This document shows, piece by piece, positions 1 to 14,420 of a DNA stretch of 38,668 nt. The stretch lies in NCBI GenBank assembly GCA_032718475.1, contig JAUCBJ010004937.1, forward strand, positions 1-38,668, read 5' to 3'. The DNA is from Nemertoderma westbladi. Its lineage: Eukaryota > Animalia > Xenacoelomorpha. A program made the position numbers and the translations under genes. Within the stretch, counting starts at the first letter, position 1. Every line of letters begins with the position of its first letter. Under the pieces are notes generated by a model. That model saw nothing but the letters and a program-made list of their open reading frames with translations. It was not told the origin of the DNA and ran no database searches.

Positions 1-3000
1 TACCGGGGTGTCCTTATACGGTGTGTGGGTCTCGTCATCCAGGATTACCGGGGTGCCCTTATACGGTGTGTGGGTCTCGTCATCCAGGATTACTGGGGTG
101 CCCTTATACGGTGTGTGGGTCATTCTACTTAACCTTGCATTTCGTCATCCAGGATTACCGGGGTGCCCTTATACGGTGTGTGGGTCTCGTCATCCAGGAT
201 TACCGGGGTGACCTTATACGGTGTGTGGGTCTCGTCATCCAGGATTACTAGGGTGCCCTTATACGGTGTGTGGGTCTCGTCATCCAGGATTACCGGGGTG
301 TCCTTATACGGTGTGTGGGTCTCGTCATCCAGGATTACCGGGGTGACCTTATACGGTGTGTGGGTCTCGTCATCCAGGATTACCGGGGTGCCCTTATACG
401 GTGTGTGGGTCTCGTCATCCAGGATTACCGGGGTGCCCTTATACGGTGTGTGGGTCTCGTCATCCAGGATTACCGGGGTGACCTTATACGGTGTGTGGGT
501 CTCGTCATCCAGGATTACTGGGGTGCCCTTATACGGTGTGTGGGTCATTCTACTTAACCTTGCATTTCGTCATCCAGGATTACTGGGGTGCCCTTATACG
601 GTGTGTGGGTCTCGTCATCCAGGATTACCGGGGTGACCTTATACGGTGTGTGGGTCTCGTCATCCAGGATTACCGGGGTGACCTTATACGGTGTGTGGGT
701 CATTCTACTTAACCTTGCATTTCGTCATCCAGGATTACCGGGGTGCCCTTATACGGTGTGTGGGTCTCGTCATCCAGGATTACCGGGGTGCCCTTATACG
801 GTGTGTGGGTCATTCTACTTAACCTTGCATTTCGTCATCCAGGATTACCGGGGTGACCTTATACGGTGTGTGGGTCATTCTACTTAACCTTGCATTTCGT
901 CATCCGGGATTACCGGGGTGCCCTTATACGGTGTGTGGGTCTCGTCATCCGGATTACCGGGGTGACCTTATACGGTGTGTGGGTCTCGTCATCCAGGATT
1001 ACCGGGGTGCCCTTATACGGTGTGTGGGTCATTCTACTTAACCTTGCATTTCGTCATCCAGGATTACCGGGGTGACCTTATACGGTGTGTGGGTCTCGTC
1101 ATCCAGGATTACCGGGGTGACCTTATACGGTGTGTGGGTCTCGTCATCCAGGATTACCGGGGTGCCCTTATACGGTGTGTGGGTCTCGTCATCCAGGATT
1201 ACCGGGGTGACCTTATACGGTGTGTGGGTCATTCTACTTAACCTTGCATTTCGTCATCCAGGATTACCGGGGTGCCCTTATACGGTGTGTGGGTCTCGTC
1301 ATCCAGGATTCCCGGGGTGACCTTATACGGTGTGTGGGTCATTCTACTTAACCTTGCATTTCGTCATCCAGGATTACCGGGGTGACCTTATACGGTGTGT
1401 GGGTCTCGTCATCCAGGATTACTAGGGTGTCCTTATACGGTGTGTGGTTCATTCTACTTAACCTTGCATTTCGTCATCCAGGATTACCGGGGTGCCCTTA
1501 TACGGTGTGTGGGTCTCGTCATCCAGGATTACCGGGGTGACCTTATACGGTGTGTGGGTCTCGTCATCCAGGATTACGGGGTGCCCTTATACGGTGTGTG
1601 GGTCTCGTCATCCAGGATTACCGGGGTGCCCTTATACGGTGTGTGGGTCTCGTCATCCAGGATTACTACGGGGTGCACCTTATACGGTGTGTGGGTTCAT
1701 TCTACTTAACCTTGCATTTCGTCATCCGGGATTACCGGGGTGCCCTTATACGGTGTGTGGGTCTCGTCATCCAGGATTACCGGGGTGACCTTATACGGTG
1801 TGTGGTTCATTCTACTTAACCTTGCATTTCGTCATCCGGGATTACCGGGGTGCCCTTATACGGTGTGTGGGTCTCGTCATCCAGGATTACCGGGGTGACC
1901 TTATACGGTGTGTGGGTCATTCTACTTAACCTTGCATTTCGTCATCCGGGATTACCGGGGTGCCCTTATACGGTGTGTGGGTCTCGTCATCCAGGATTAC
2001 CGGGGTGCCCTTATACGGTGTGTGGGTCTCGTCATCCAGGATTACCGGGGTGCCCTTATACGGTGTGTGGGTCTCGTCATCCAGGATTACCGGGGTGTCC
2101 TTATACGGTGTGTGGGTCTCGTCATCCAGGATTACCGGGGTGACCTTATACGGTGTGTGGGTCTCGTCATCCAGGATTACCGGGGTGACCTTATACGGTG
2201 TGTGGGTCTCGTCATCCAGGATTACCGGGGTGTCCTTATACGGTGTGTGGTTCATTCTACTTAACCTTGCATTTCGTCATCCGGGATTACCGGGGTGACC
2301 TTATACGGTGTGTGGGTCTCGTCATCCAGGATTACCAGGGTGACCTTATACGGTGTGTGGGTCTCGTCATCCAGGATTACCGGGGTGACCTTATACGGTG
2401 TGTGGGTCTCGTCATCCAGGATTACCGGGGTGCCCTTATACGGTGTGTGGGTCTCGTCATCCAGGATTACCGGGGTGCCCTTATACGGTGTGTGGGTCTC
2501 GTCATCCAGGATTACTGGGGTGCCCTTATACGGTGTGTGGGTCATTCTACTTAACCTTGCATTTCGTCATCCGGGATTACCGGGGTGCCCTTATACGGTG
2601 TGTGGTTCATCTTATACGGTGTGTGGGTCATTCTACTTAACCTTGCATTTCGTCATCCGGGATTACCGGGGTGCCCTTATACGGTGTGTGGGTCTCGTCA
2701 TCCAGGATTACCGGGGTGTCCTTATACGGTGTGTGGGTCTCGTCATCCAGGATTACCGGGGTGCCCTTATACGGTGTGTGGGTCTCGTCATCCAGGATTA
2801 CCGGGGTGACCTTATACGGTGTGTGGGTCTCGTCATCCAGGATTACTGGGGTGACCTTATACGGTGTGTGGGTCTCGTCATCCAGGATTACCGGGGTGAC
2901 CTTATACGGTGTGTGGTTCATTCTACTTAACCTTGCATTTCGTCATCCAGGATTACCGGGGTGACCTTATACGGTGTGTGGGTCTCGTCATCCAGGATTA

Positions 3001-6000
3001 CTGGGGTGACCTTATACGGTGTGTGGTTCATTCTACTTAACCTTGCATTTCGTCATCCAGGATTACCGGGGTGACCTTATACGGTGTGTGGGTCTCGTCA
3101 TCCAGGATTACCGGGGTGACCTTATACGGTGTGTGGGTCTCGTCATCCAGGATTACCGGGGTGCCCTTATACGGTGTGTGGGTCTCGTCATCCAGGATTA
3201 CCGGGGTGCCCTTATACGGTGTGTGGGTCTCGTCATCCAGGATTACCGGGGTGACCTTATACGGTGTGTGGGTCTCGTCATCCAGGATTACCGGGGTGCC
3301 CTTATACGGTGTGTGGGTCATTCTACTTAACCTTGCATTTCGTCATCCAGGATTACCGGGGTGACCTTATACGGTGTGTGGTTCATTCTACTTAACCTTG
3401 CATTTCGTCATCCGGGATTACCGGGGTGCCCTTATACGGTGTGTGGGTCTCGTCTCCGGATTCGGGTCCTTATACGGTGTGTGGTTCATTCTACTTAACC
3501 TTGCATTTCGTCATCCGGGATTACCGGGGTGCCCTTATACGGTGTGTGGGTCTCGTCATCCAGGATTACCGGGGTGACCTTATACGGTGTGTGGTTCATT
3601 CTACTTAACCTTGCATTTCGTCATCCAGGATTACCGGGGTGCCCTTATACGGTGTGTGGGTCTCGTCATCCAGGATTACCGGGGTGACCTTATACGGTGT
3701 GTGGGTCTCGTCATCCAGGATTACCGGGGTGACCTTATACGGTGTGTGGGTCTCGTCATCCAGGATTACCGGGGTGACCTTATACGGTGTGTGGGTCTCG
3801 TCATCCAGGATTCCCGGGGTGACCTTATACGGTGTGTGGGTCATTCTACTTAACCTTGCATTTCGTCATCCGGGATTACCGGGGTGCCCTTATACGGTGT
3901 GTGGGTCTCGTCATCCAGGATTCCCGGGGTGACCTTATACGGTGTGTGGTTCATTCTACTTAACCTTGCATTTCGTCATCCGGGATTACCGGGGTGACCT
4001 TATACGGTGTGTGGGTCTCGTCATCCAGGATTACCGGGGTGTCCTTATACGGTGTGTGGGTTCATTCTACTTAACTTGTTTCGTCATCCAGGATTACCGG
4101 GGTGACCTTATACGGTGTGTGGGTCTCGTCATCCAGGATTACCGGGGTGACCTTATACGGTGTGTGGGTCTCGTCATCCAGGATTACCGGGGTGCCCTTA
4201 TACGGTGTGTGGGTCTCGTCATCCAGGATTACTAGGGTGCCCTTATACGGTGTGTGGGTCATTCTACTTAACCTTGCATTTCGTCATCCGGGATTACCGG
4301 GGTGCCCTTATACGGTGTGTGGGTCTCGTCATCCAGGATTCCCGGGGTGACCTTATACGGTGTGTGGTTCATTCTACTTAACCTTGCATTTCGTCATCCG
4401 GGATTACCGGGGTGACCTTATACGGTGTGTGGGTCTCGTCATCCAGGATTACTAGGGTGTCCTTATACGGTGTGTGGTTCATTCTACTTAACCTTGCATT
4501 TCGTCATCCGGGATTACCGGGGTGACCTTATACGGTGTGTGGGTCTCGTCATCCAGGATTACCGGGGTGACCTTATACGGTGTGTGGGTCTCGTCATCCA
4601 GGATTACTGGGGTGACCTTATACGGTGTGTGGTTCATTCTACTTAACCTTGCATTTCGTCATCCAGGATTACCGGGGTGACCTTATACGGTGTGTGGGTC
4701 TCGTCATCCAGGATTACCGGGGTGACCTTATACGGTGTGTGGTTCATTCTACTTAACCTTGCATTTCGTCATCCGGGATTACCGGGGTGACCTTATACGG
4801 TGTGTGGGTCTCGTCATCCGGATTCCGGGTGACCTTATACGGTGTGTGGGTCTCGTCATCCAGGATTACCGGGGTGACCTTATACGGTGTGTGGGTCTCG
4901 TCATCCAGGATTACCGGGGTGACCTTATACGGTGTGTGGGTCTCGTCATCCAGGATTACTAGGGTGTCCTTATACGGTGTGTGGGTCTCGTCATCCAGGA
5001 TTACTGGGGTGCCCTTATACGGTGTGTGGTTCATTCTACTTAACCTTGCATTTCGTCATCCGGGATTACCGGGGTGACCTTATACGGTGTGTGGATCTCG
5101 TCATCCAGGATTACTAGGGTGTCCTTATACGGTGTGTGGGTCTAGTCATCCAGGATTACTAGGGTGCCCTTATACGGTGTGTGGGTCTCGTCATCCAGGA
5201 TTACTGGGGTGACCTTATACGGTGTGTGGGTCTCGTCATCCAGGATTACTGGGGTGACCTTATACGGTGTGTGGGTCTCGTCATCCAGGATTACTGGGGT
5301 GACCTTATACGGTGTGTGGTTCATTCTACTTAACCTTGCATTTCGTCATCCAGGATTACCGGGGTGACCTTATACGGTGTGTGGGTCTCGTCATCCAGGA
5401 TTACTAGGGTGTCCTTATACGGTGTGTGGTTCATTCTACTTAACCTTGCATTTCGTCATCCGGGATTACCGGGGTGACCTTATACGGTGTGTGGGTCTCG
5501 TCATCCGGGATTACCAGGGTGACCTTATACGGTGTGTGGGTCTCGTCATCCAGGATTACCGGGGTGACCTTATACGGTGTGTGGGTCTCGTCATCCAGGA
5601 TTACCGGGGTGACCTTATACGGTGTGTGGGTCTCGTCATCCAGGATTACTAGGGTGTCCTTATACGGTGTGTGGGTCTCGTCATCCAGGATTACTAGGGT
5701 GCCCTTATACGGTGTGTGGGTCTCGTCATCCAGGATTACTGGGGTGACCTTATACGGTGTGTGGGTCATTCTACTTAACCTTGCATTTCGTCATCCGGGA
5801 TTACCGGGGTGCCCTTATACGGTGTGTGGGTCTCGTCATCCAGGATTCCCGGGGTGACCTTATACGGTGTGTGGTTCATTCTACTTAACCTTGCATTTCG
5901 TCATCCGGGATTACCGGGGTGACCTTATACGGTGTGTGGGTCTCGTCATCCAGGATTACTAGGGTGTCCTTATACGGTGTGTGGTTCATTCTACTTAACC

Positions 6001-9000
6001 TTGCATTTCGTCATCCGGGATTACCGGGGTGCCCTTATACGGTGTGTGGGTCTCGTCATCCAGGATTACTAGGGTGTCCTTATACGGTGTGTGGGTCTCG
6101 TCATCCAGGATTACTGGGGTGCCCTTATACGGTGTGTGGGTCTCGTCATCCAGGATTACCGGGGTGACCTTATACGGTGTGTGGGTCTCGTCATCCAGGA
6201 TTACCGGGGTGACCTTATACGGTGTGTGGGTCTCGTCATCCAGGATTCCCGGGGTGACCTTATACGGTGTGTGGTTCATTCTACTTAACCTTGCATTTCG
6301 TCATCCGGGATTACCGGGGTGCCCTTATACGGTGTGTGGGTCTCGTCATCCAGGATTCCCGGGGTGACCTTATACGGTGTGTGGTTCATTCTACTTAACC
6401 TTGCATTTCGTCATCCGGGATTACCGGGGTGCCCTTATACGGTGTGTGGGTCTCGTCATCCAGGATTACCGGGGTGCCCTTATACGGTGTGTGGGTCTCG
6501 TCATCCAGGATTACTAGGGTGTCCTTATACGGTGTGTGGGTCTCGTCATCCAGGATTACTGGGGTGCCCTTATACGGTGTGTGGGTCTCGTCATCCAGGA
6601 TTACCGGGGTGACCTTATACGGTGTGTGGGTCTCGTCATCCAGGATTACCGGGGTGACCTTATACGGTGTGTGGGTCTCGTCATCCAGGATTCCCGGGGT
6701 GACCTTATACGGTGTGTGGTTCATTCTACTTAACCTTGCATTTCGTCATCCGGGATTACCGGGGTGCCCTTATACGGTGTGTGGGTCTCGTCATCCAGGA
6801 TTCCCGGGGTGACCTTATACGGTGTGTGGTTCATTCTACTTAACCTTGCATTTCGTCATCCGGGATTACCGGGGTGCCCTTATACGGTGTGTGGGTCTCG
6901 TCATCCAGGATTACTAGGGTGCCCTTATACGGTGTGTGGTTCATTCTACTTAACCTTGCATTTCGTCATCCAGGATTACCGGGGTGCCCTTATACGGTGT
7001 GTGGTTCACTCTACTTAACCTTGCATTTCGTCATCCGGGATTACCGAGGTGTCCTTATACGGTGTGTGGGTCTCGTCATCCAGGATTACCGGGGTGTCCT
7101 TATACGGTGTGTGGGTCTCGTCATCCAGGATTACTAGGGTGCCCTTATACGGTGTGTGGTTCATTCTACTTAACCTTGCATTTCGTCATCCAGGATTACC
7201 GGGGTGCCCTTATACGGTGTGTGGGTCTCGTCATCCAGGATTCCCGGGGTGACCTTATACGGTGTGTGGTTCATTCTACTTAACCTTGCATTTCGTCATC
7301 CGGGATTACCGGGGTGCCCTTATACGGTGTGTGGTTCATCTTATACGGTGTGTGGGTCTCGTCATCCAGGATTACCGGGGTGCCCTTATACGGTGTGTGG
7401 GTCTCGTCATCCAGGATTACTAGGGTGACCTTATACGGTGTGTGGGTCTCGTCATCCAGGATTACTGGGGTGCCCTTATACGGTGTGTGGGTCATTCTAC
7501 TTAACCTTGCATTTCGTCATCCAGGATTACTGGGGTGACCTTATACGGTGTGTGGGTCTCGTCATCCAGGATTACTGGGGTGACCTTATACGGTGTGTGG
7601 GTCTCGTCATCCAGGATTACTAGGGTGACCTTATACGGTGTGTGGGTCTCGTCATCCAGGATTACTGGGGTGCCCTTATACGGTGTGTGGGTCATTCTAC
7701 TTAACCTTGCATTTCGTCATCCAGGATTACTGGGGTGCCCTTATACGGTGTGTGGGTCTCGTCATCCAGGATTACTGGGGTGCCCTTATACGGTGTGTGG
7801 GTCATTCTACTTAACCTTGCATTTCGTCATCCAGGATTACTGGGGTGACCTTATACGGTGTGTGGGTCATTCTACTTAACCTTGCATTTCGTCATCCGGG
7901 ATTACCGGGGTGCCCTTATACGGTGTGTGGTTCATCTTATACGGTGTGTGGGTCATCTTATAAGGTGTGTGGGTCATCTTATAAGGTGTGTGGGCCATCT
8001 TATACGGTGTGTGGGTCATTCTACTTAACCTTGCATTTCGTCATCCAGGATTACCGGGGTGCCCTTATACGGTGTGTGGGTCTCGTCATCCAGGATTACT
8101 GGGGTGTCCTTATACGGTGTGTGGGTCTCGTCATCCAGGATTACCGGGGTGCCCTTATACGGTGTGTGGGTCTCGTCATCCAGGATTACCGGGGTGACCT
8201 TATACGGTGTGTGGGTCTCGTCATCCAGGATTACTAGGGTGCCCTTATACGGTGTGTGGGTCATTCTACTTAACCTTGCATTTCGTCATCCAGGATTACT
8301 GGGGTGCCCTTATACGGTGTGTGGGTCTCGTCATCCAGGATTACCGGGGTGCCCGTATACGGTGTGTGGGTCTCGTCATCCAGGATTACTAGGGTGCCCT
8401 TATACGGTGTGTGGGTCTCGTCATCCAGGATTACCGGGGTGTCCTTATACGGTGTGTGGGTCTCGTCATCCAGGATTACCGGGGTGTCCTTATACGGTGT
8501 GTGGTTCATTCTACTTAACCTTGCATTTCGTCATCCAGGATTACTGGGGTGCCCTTATACGGTGTGTGGGTCTCGTCATCCAGGATTACCGGGGTGCCCG
8601 TATACGGTGTGTGGGTCTCGTCATCCAGGATTACTAGGGTGCCCTTATACGGTGTGTGGGTCATTCTACTTAACCTTGCATTTCGTCATCCAGGATTACT
8701 AGGGTGCCCTTATACGGTGTGTGGGTCTCGTCATCCAGGATTACCGGGGTGTCCTTATACGGTGTGTGGGTCTCGTCATCCAGGATTACTAGGGTGCCCT
8801 TATACGGTGTGTGGGTCATTCTACTTAACCTTGCATTTCGTCATCCAGGATTACTGGGGTGCCCTTATACGGTGTGTGGGTCTCGTCATCCAGGATTACC
8901 GGGGTGCCCGTATACGGTGTGTGGGTCTCGTCATCCAGGATTACTAGGGTGCCCTTATACGGTGTGTGGGTCTCGTCATCCAGGATTACCGGGGTGACCT

Positions 9001-12000
9001 TATACGGTGTGTGGTTCATTCTACTTAACCTTGCATTTCGTCATCCAGGATTACTGGGGTGCCCTTATACGGTGTGTGGGTCTCGTCATCCAGGATTACC
9101 GGGGTGACCTTATACGGTGTGTGGGTCTCGTCATCCAGGATTACTAGGGTGCCCTTATACGGTGTGTGGGTCATTCTACTTAACCTTGCATTTCGTCATC
9201 CAGGATTACTGGGGTGCCCTTATACGGTGTGTGGGTCTCGTCATCCAGGATTACTAGGGTGCCCTTATACGGTGTGTGGGTCATTCTACTTAACCTTGCA
9301 TTTCGTCATCCAGGATTACTGGGGTGCCCTTATACGGTGTGTGGGTCTCGTCATCCAGGATTACCGGGGTGCCCTTATACGGTGTGTGGGTCTCGTCATC
9401 CAGGATTACTAGGGTGCCCTTATACGGTGTGTGGGTCATTCTACTTAACCTTGCATTTCGTCATCCAGGATTACTGGGGTGCCCTTATACGGTGTGTGGG
9501 TCTCGTCATCCAGGATTACTAGGGTGCCCTTATACGGTGTGTGGGTCTCGTCATCCAGGATTACTAGGGTGCCCTTATACGGTGTGTGGGTCATTCTACT
9601 TAACCTTGCATTTCGTCATCCAGGATTACTGGGGTGCCCTTATACGGTGTGTGGGTCTCGTCATCCAGGATTACTAGGGTGCCCTTATACGGTGTGTGGG
9701 TCATTCTACTTAACCTTGCATTTCGTCATCCAGGATTACTGGGGTGCCCTTATACGGTGTGTGGGTCTCGTCATCCAGGATTACCGGGGTGCCCTTATAC
9801 GGTGTGTGGGTCTCGTCATCCAGGATTACTAGGGTGCCCTTATACGGTGTGTGGGTCATTCTACTTAACCTTGCATTTCGTCATCCAGGATTACCGGGGT
9901 GCCCTTATACGGTGTGTGGTTCATTCTACTTAACCTTGCATTTCGTCATCCGGGATTACCGGGGTGCCCTTATACGGTGTGTGGGTCTCGTCATCCAGGA
10001 TTACTAGGGTGTCCTTATACGGTGTGTGGTTCATTCTACTTAACCTTGCATTTCGTCATCCGGGATTACCGGGGTGCCCTTATACGGTGTGTGGGTCTCG
10101 TCATCCAGGATTACCGGGGTGACCTTATACGGTGTGTGGGTCATTCTACTTAACCTTGCATTTCGTCATCCGGGATTACCGGGGTGCCCTTATACGGTGT
10201 GTGGGTCTCGTCATCCAGGATTACCGGGGTGCCCTTATACGGTGTGTGGGTCTCGTCATCCAGGATTACCGGGGTGCCCTTATACGGTGTGTGGGTCTCG
10301 TCATCCAGGATTACCGGGGTGTCCTTATACGGTGTGTGGGTCTCGTCATCCAGGATTACCGGGGTGACCTTATACGGTGTGTGGGTCTCGTCATCCAGGA
10401 TTACCGGGGTGCCCTTATACGGTGTGTGGGTCTCGTCATCCAGGATTACCGGGGTGCCCTTATACGGTGTGTGGGTCTCGTCATCCAGGATTACTGGGGT
10501 GCCCTTATACGGTATGTGGGTCTCGTCATCCAGGATTCCCGGGGTGCCCTTATACGGTGTGTGGGTCTCGTCATCCAGGATTACTGGGGTGCCCTTATAC
10601 GGTGTGTGGGTCATTCTACTTAACCTTGCATTTCGTCATCCGGGATTACCGGGGTGCCCTTATACGGTGTGTGGTTCATCTTATACGGTGTGTGGGTCAT
10701 TCTACTTAACCTTGCATTTCGTCATCCGGGATTACCGGGGTGCCCTTATACGGTGTGTGGTTCATCTTATACGGTGTGTGGGTCATTCTACTTAACCTTG
10801 CATCTCGTCATCCAGGATTACCGGGGTGCCCTTATACGGTGTGTGGGTCTCGTCATCCAGGATTACCGGGGTGACCTTATACGGTGTGTGGTTCATTCTA
10901 CTTAACCTTGCATTTCGTCATCCAGGATTACCGGGGTGTCCTTATACGGTGTGTGGTTCATTCTACTTAACCTTGCATTTCGTCATCCAGGATTACCGGG
11001 GTGACCTTATACGGTGTGTGGGTCTCGTCATCCAGGATTCCCGGGGTGACCTTATACGGTGTGTGGGTCTCGTCATCCAGGATTACCGGGGTGCCCTTAT
11101 ACGGTGTGTGGGTCTCGTCATCCAGGATTACCGGGGTGACCTTATACGGTGTGTGGTTCATTCTACTTAACCTTGCATTTCGTCATCCAGGATTACCGGG
11201 GTGTCCTTATACGGTGTGTGGTTCATTCTACTTAACCTTGCATTTCGTCATCCAGGATTACCGGGGTGACCTTATACGGTGTGTGGGTCTCGTCATCCAG
11301 GATTCCCGGGGTGACCTTATACGGTGTGTGGGTCTCGTCATCCAGGATTCCCGGGGTGACCTTATACGGTGTGTGGGTCTCGTCATCCAGGATTACCGGG
11401 GTGTCCTTATACGGTGTGTGGGTCTCGTCATCCAGGATTACCGGGGTGCCCTTATACGGTGTGGGTCTCGTCATCCAGGATTCCCGGGGTGCCCTTATAC
11501 GGTGTGTGGGTCTCGTCATCCAGGATTACCGGGGTGCCCTTATACGGTGTGGGTCTCGTCATCCAGGATTCCCGGGGTGACCTTATACGGTGTGTGGGTC
11601 TCGTCATCCAGGATTCCCGGGGTGACCTTATACGGTGTGTGGTTCATTCTACTTAACCTTGCATTTCGTCATCCGGGATTACCGGGGTGTCCTTATACGG
11701 TGTGTGGTTCATTCTACTTAACCTTGCATTTCGTCATCCGGGATTACCGGGGTGCCCTTATACGGTGTGTGGTTCATCTTATACGGTGTGTGGGTCATTC
11801 TACTTAACCTTGCATTTCGTCATCCGGGATTACCGGGGTGCCCTTATACGGTGTGTGGGTCTCGTCATCCAGGATTACCGGGGTGACCTTATACGGTGTG
11901 TGGTTCATTCTACTTAACCTTGCATTTCGTCATCCAGGATTACCGGGGTGACCTTATACGGTGTGTGGGTCTCGTCATCCAGGATTCCCGGGGTGACCTT

Positions 12001-14420
12001 ATACGGTGTGTGGGTCTCGTCATCCAGGATTCCCGGGGTGACCTTATACGGTGTGTGGGTCTCGTCATCCAGGATTCCCGGGGTGACCTTATACGGTGTG
12101 TGGGTCTCGTCATCCAGGATTCCCGGGGTGACCTTATACGGTGTGTGGTTCATTCTACTTAACCTTGCATTTCGTCATCCGGGATTACCGGGGTGACCTT
12201 ATACGGTGTGTGGGTCTCGTCATCCAGGATTACTAGGGTGTCCTTATACGGTGTGTGGGTCATTCTACTTAACCTTGCATTTCGTCATCCGGGATTACCG
12301 GGGTGACCTTATACGGTGTGTGGGTCTCGTCATCCAGGATTACTAGGGTGTCCTTATACGGTGTGTGGGTCATTCTACTTAACCTTGCATTTCGTCATCC
12401 AGGATTACCGGGGTGTCCTTATACGGTGTGTGGGTCTCGTCATCCAGGATTACCGGGGTGCCCTTATACGGTGTGTGGGTCTCGTCATCCAGGATTACTA
12501 GGGTGTCCTTATACGGTGTGTGGGTCTCGTCATCCAGGATTACTGGGGTGCCCTTATACGGTGTGTGGGTCTCGTCATCCAGGATTACCGGGGTGACCTT
12601 ATACGGTGTGTGGGTCTCGTCATCCAGGATTACCGGGGTGACCTTATACGGTGTGTGGGTCTCGTCATCCAGGATTCCCGGGGTGACCTTATACGGTGTG
12701 TGGTTCATTCTACTTAACCTTGCATTTCGTCATCCGTGATTACCGGGGTGCCCTTATACGGTGTGTGGGTCTCGTCATCCAGGATTACCGGGGTGACCTT
12801 ATACGGTGTGTGGGTCTCGTCATCCAGGATTACCGGGGTGTCCTTATACGGTGTGTGGGTCTCGTCATCCAGGATTACCGGGGTGCCCTTATACGGTGTG
12901 TGGGTCTCGTCATCCAGGATTCCCGGGGTGACCTTATACGGTGTGTGGTTCATTCTACTTAACCTTGCATTTCGTCATCCGGGATTACCGGGGTGCCCTT
13001 ATACGGTGTGTGGTTCATCTTATACGGTGTGTGGGTCTCGTCATCCAGGATTACCGGGGTGCCCTTATACGGTGTGTGGGTCTCGTCATCCAGGATTCCC
13101 GGGGTGACCTTATACGGTGTGTGGGTCTCGTCATCCAGGATTACCGGGGTGCCCTTATACGGTGTGTGGGTCTCGTCATCCAGGATTACCGGGGTGCCCT
13201 TATACGGTGTGTGGTTCATCTTATACGGTGTGTGGGTCTCGTCATCCAGGATTACCGGGGTGCCCTTATACGGTGTGTGGGTCTCGTCATCCAGGATTCC
13301 CGGGGTGACCTTATACGGTGTGTGGGTCTCGTCATCCAGGATTACTAGGGTGCCCTTATACGGTGTGTGGTTCATTCTACTTAACCTTGCATTTCGTCAT
13401 CCGGGATTACCGGGGTGCCCTTATACGGTGTGTGGTTCATCTTATACGGTGTGTGGGTCTCGTCATCCAGGATTACCGGGGTGCCCTTATACGGTGTGTG
13501 GGTCTCGTCATCCAGGATTACTAGGGTGACCTTATACGGTGTGTGGGTCTCGTCATCCAGGATTACTGGGGTGCCCTTATACGGTGTGTGGGTCATTCTA
13601 CTTAACCTTGCATTTCGTCATCCAGGATTACTGGGGTGACCTTATACGGTGTGTGGGTCTCGTCATCCAGGATTACTGGGGTGACCTTATACGGTGTGTG
13701 GGTCTCGTCATCCAGGATTACTAGGGTGACCTTATACGGTGTGTGGGTCTCGTCATCCAGGATTACTGGGGTGACCTTATACGGTGTGTGGGTCTCGTCA
13801 TCCAGGATTACTAGGGTGACCTTATACGGTGTGTGGGTCTCGTCATCCAGGATTACTGGGGTGCCCTTATACGGTGTGTGGGTCATTCTACTTAACCTTG
13901 CATTTCGTCATCCAGGATTACTAGGGTGCCCTTATACGGTGTGTGGGTCATTCTACTTAACCTTGCATTTCGTCATCCAGGATTACTGGGGTGACCTTAT
14001 ACGGTGTGTGGGTCATTCTACTTAACCTTGCATTTCGTCATCCGGGATTACCGGGGTGCCCTTATACGGTGTGTGGTTCATCTTATACGGTGTGTGGGTC
14101 ATCTTATAAGGTGTGTGGGTCATCTTATACGGTGGGTGGGCCATCTTATACGGTGTGTGGGTCATTCTACTTAACCTTGCATTTCGTCATCCAGGATTAC
14201 CGGGGTGCCCTTATACGGTGTGTGGGTCATCTTATACGGTGTGTGGGTCATCTTATACGGTGTGTGGGTCATCTTATACGGTGTGTGGGTCATCTTATAC
14301 GGTGTGTGGGTCATCTTATACGGTGTGTGGGTCATCTTATACGGTGTGTGGGTCATCTTATACGGTGTGTGGGTCATCTTATACGGTGGGTGGGCCATCT
14401 TATACGGTGTGTGGGTCATC
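1..14420 (+). repeat. Intronic minisatellite 1 (runs off the 5' edge): 45-bp unit CTCGTCATCCAGGATTACCGGGGTG(C/A/T)CCTTATACGGTGTGTGGGT interspersed with a 65-bp unit (CATTCTACTTAACCTTGCATT replacing the first C) and a 21-bp unit CATCTTATACGGTGTGTGGGT
   Basis: Units read directly. Roughly 280 units by length. A run of 21-bp units at about 14228-14420 ends the array about 55 nt before the acceptor at 14475-14476. Confidence 0.98.
14195..14217 (+). CDS. Candidate 23-nt coding segment/microexon of the LRP2-like gene (G ATT ACC GGG GTG CCC TTA TAC G; ITGVPLY). This is the last of many near-identical copies, and the copy actually used is unknown.
   Basis: Preceded by CTTAAC + pyrimidine-rich + CAG and followed by GTGTGT, the same donor used at 30850. 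It ends in phase 1, which joins the 14477 exon (G|AA = Glu), giving VPLYEIAASSLSVD, similar to the 'xVPV...A..VDxD' propeller start in LRPs. The true exon may lie upstream of the window. Confidence 0.4.

Noticed and set aside
1575-4830. Isolated irregular units (about 1575-1700, 3450-3470, 4060-4080, 4820)
   Set aside because: Singleton indels that cannot be told apart from sequencing or consensus error.
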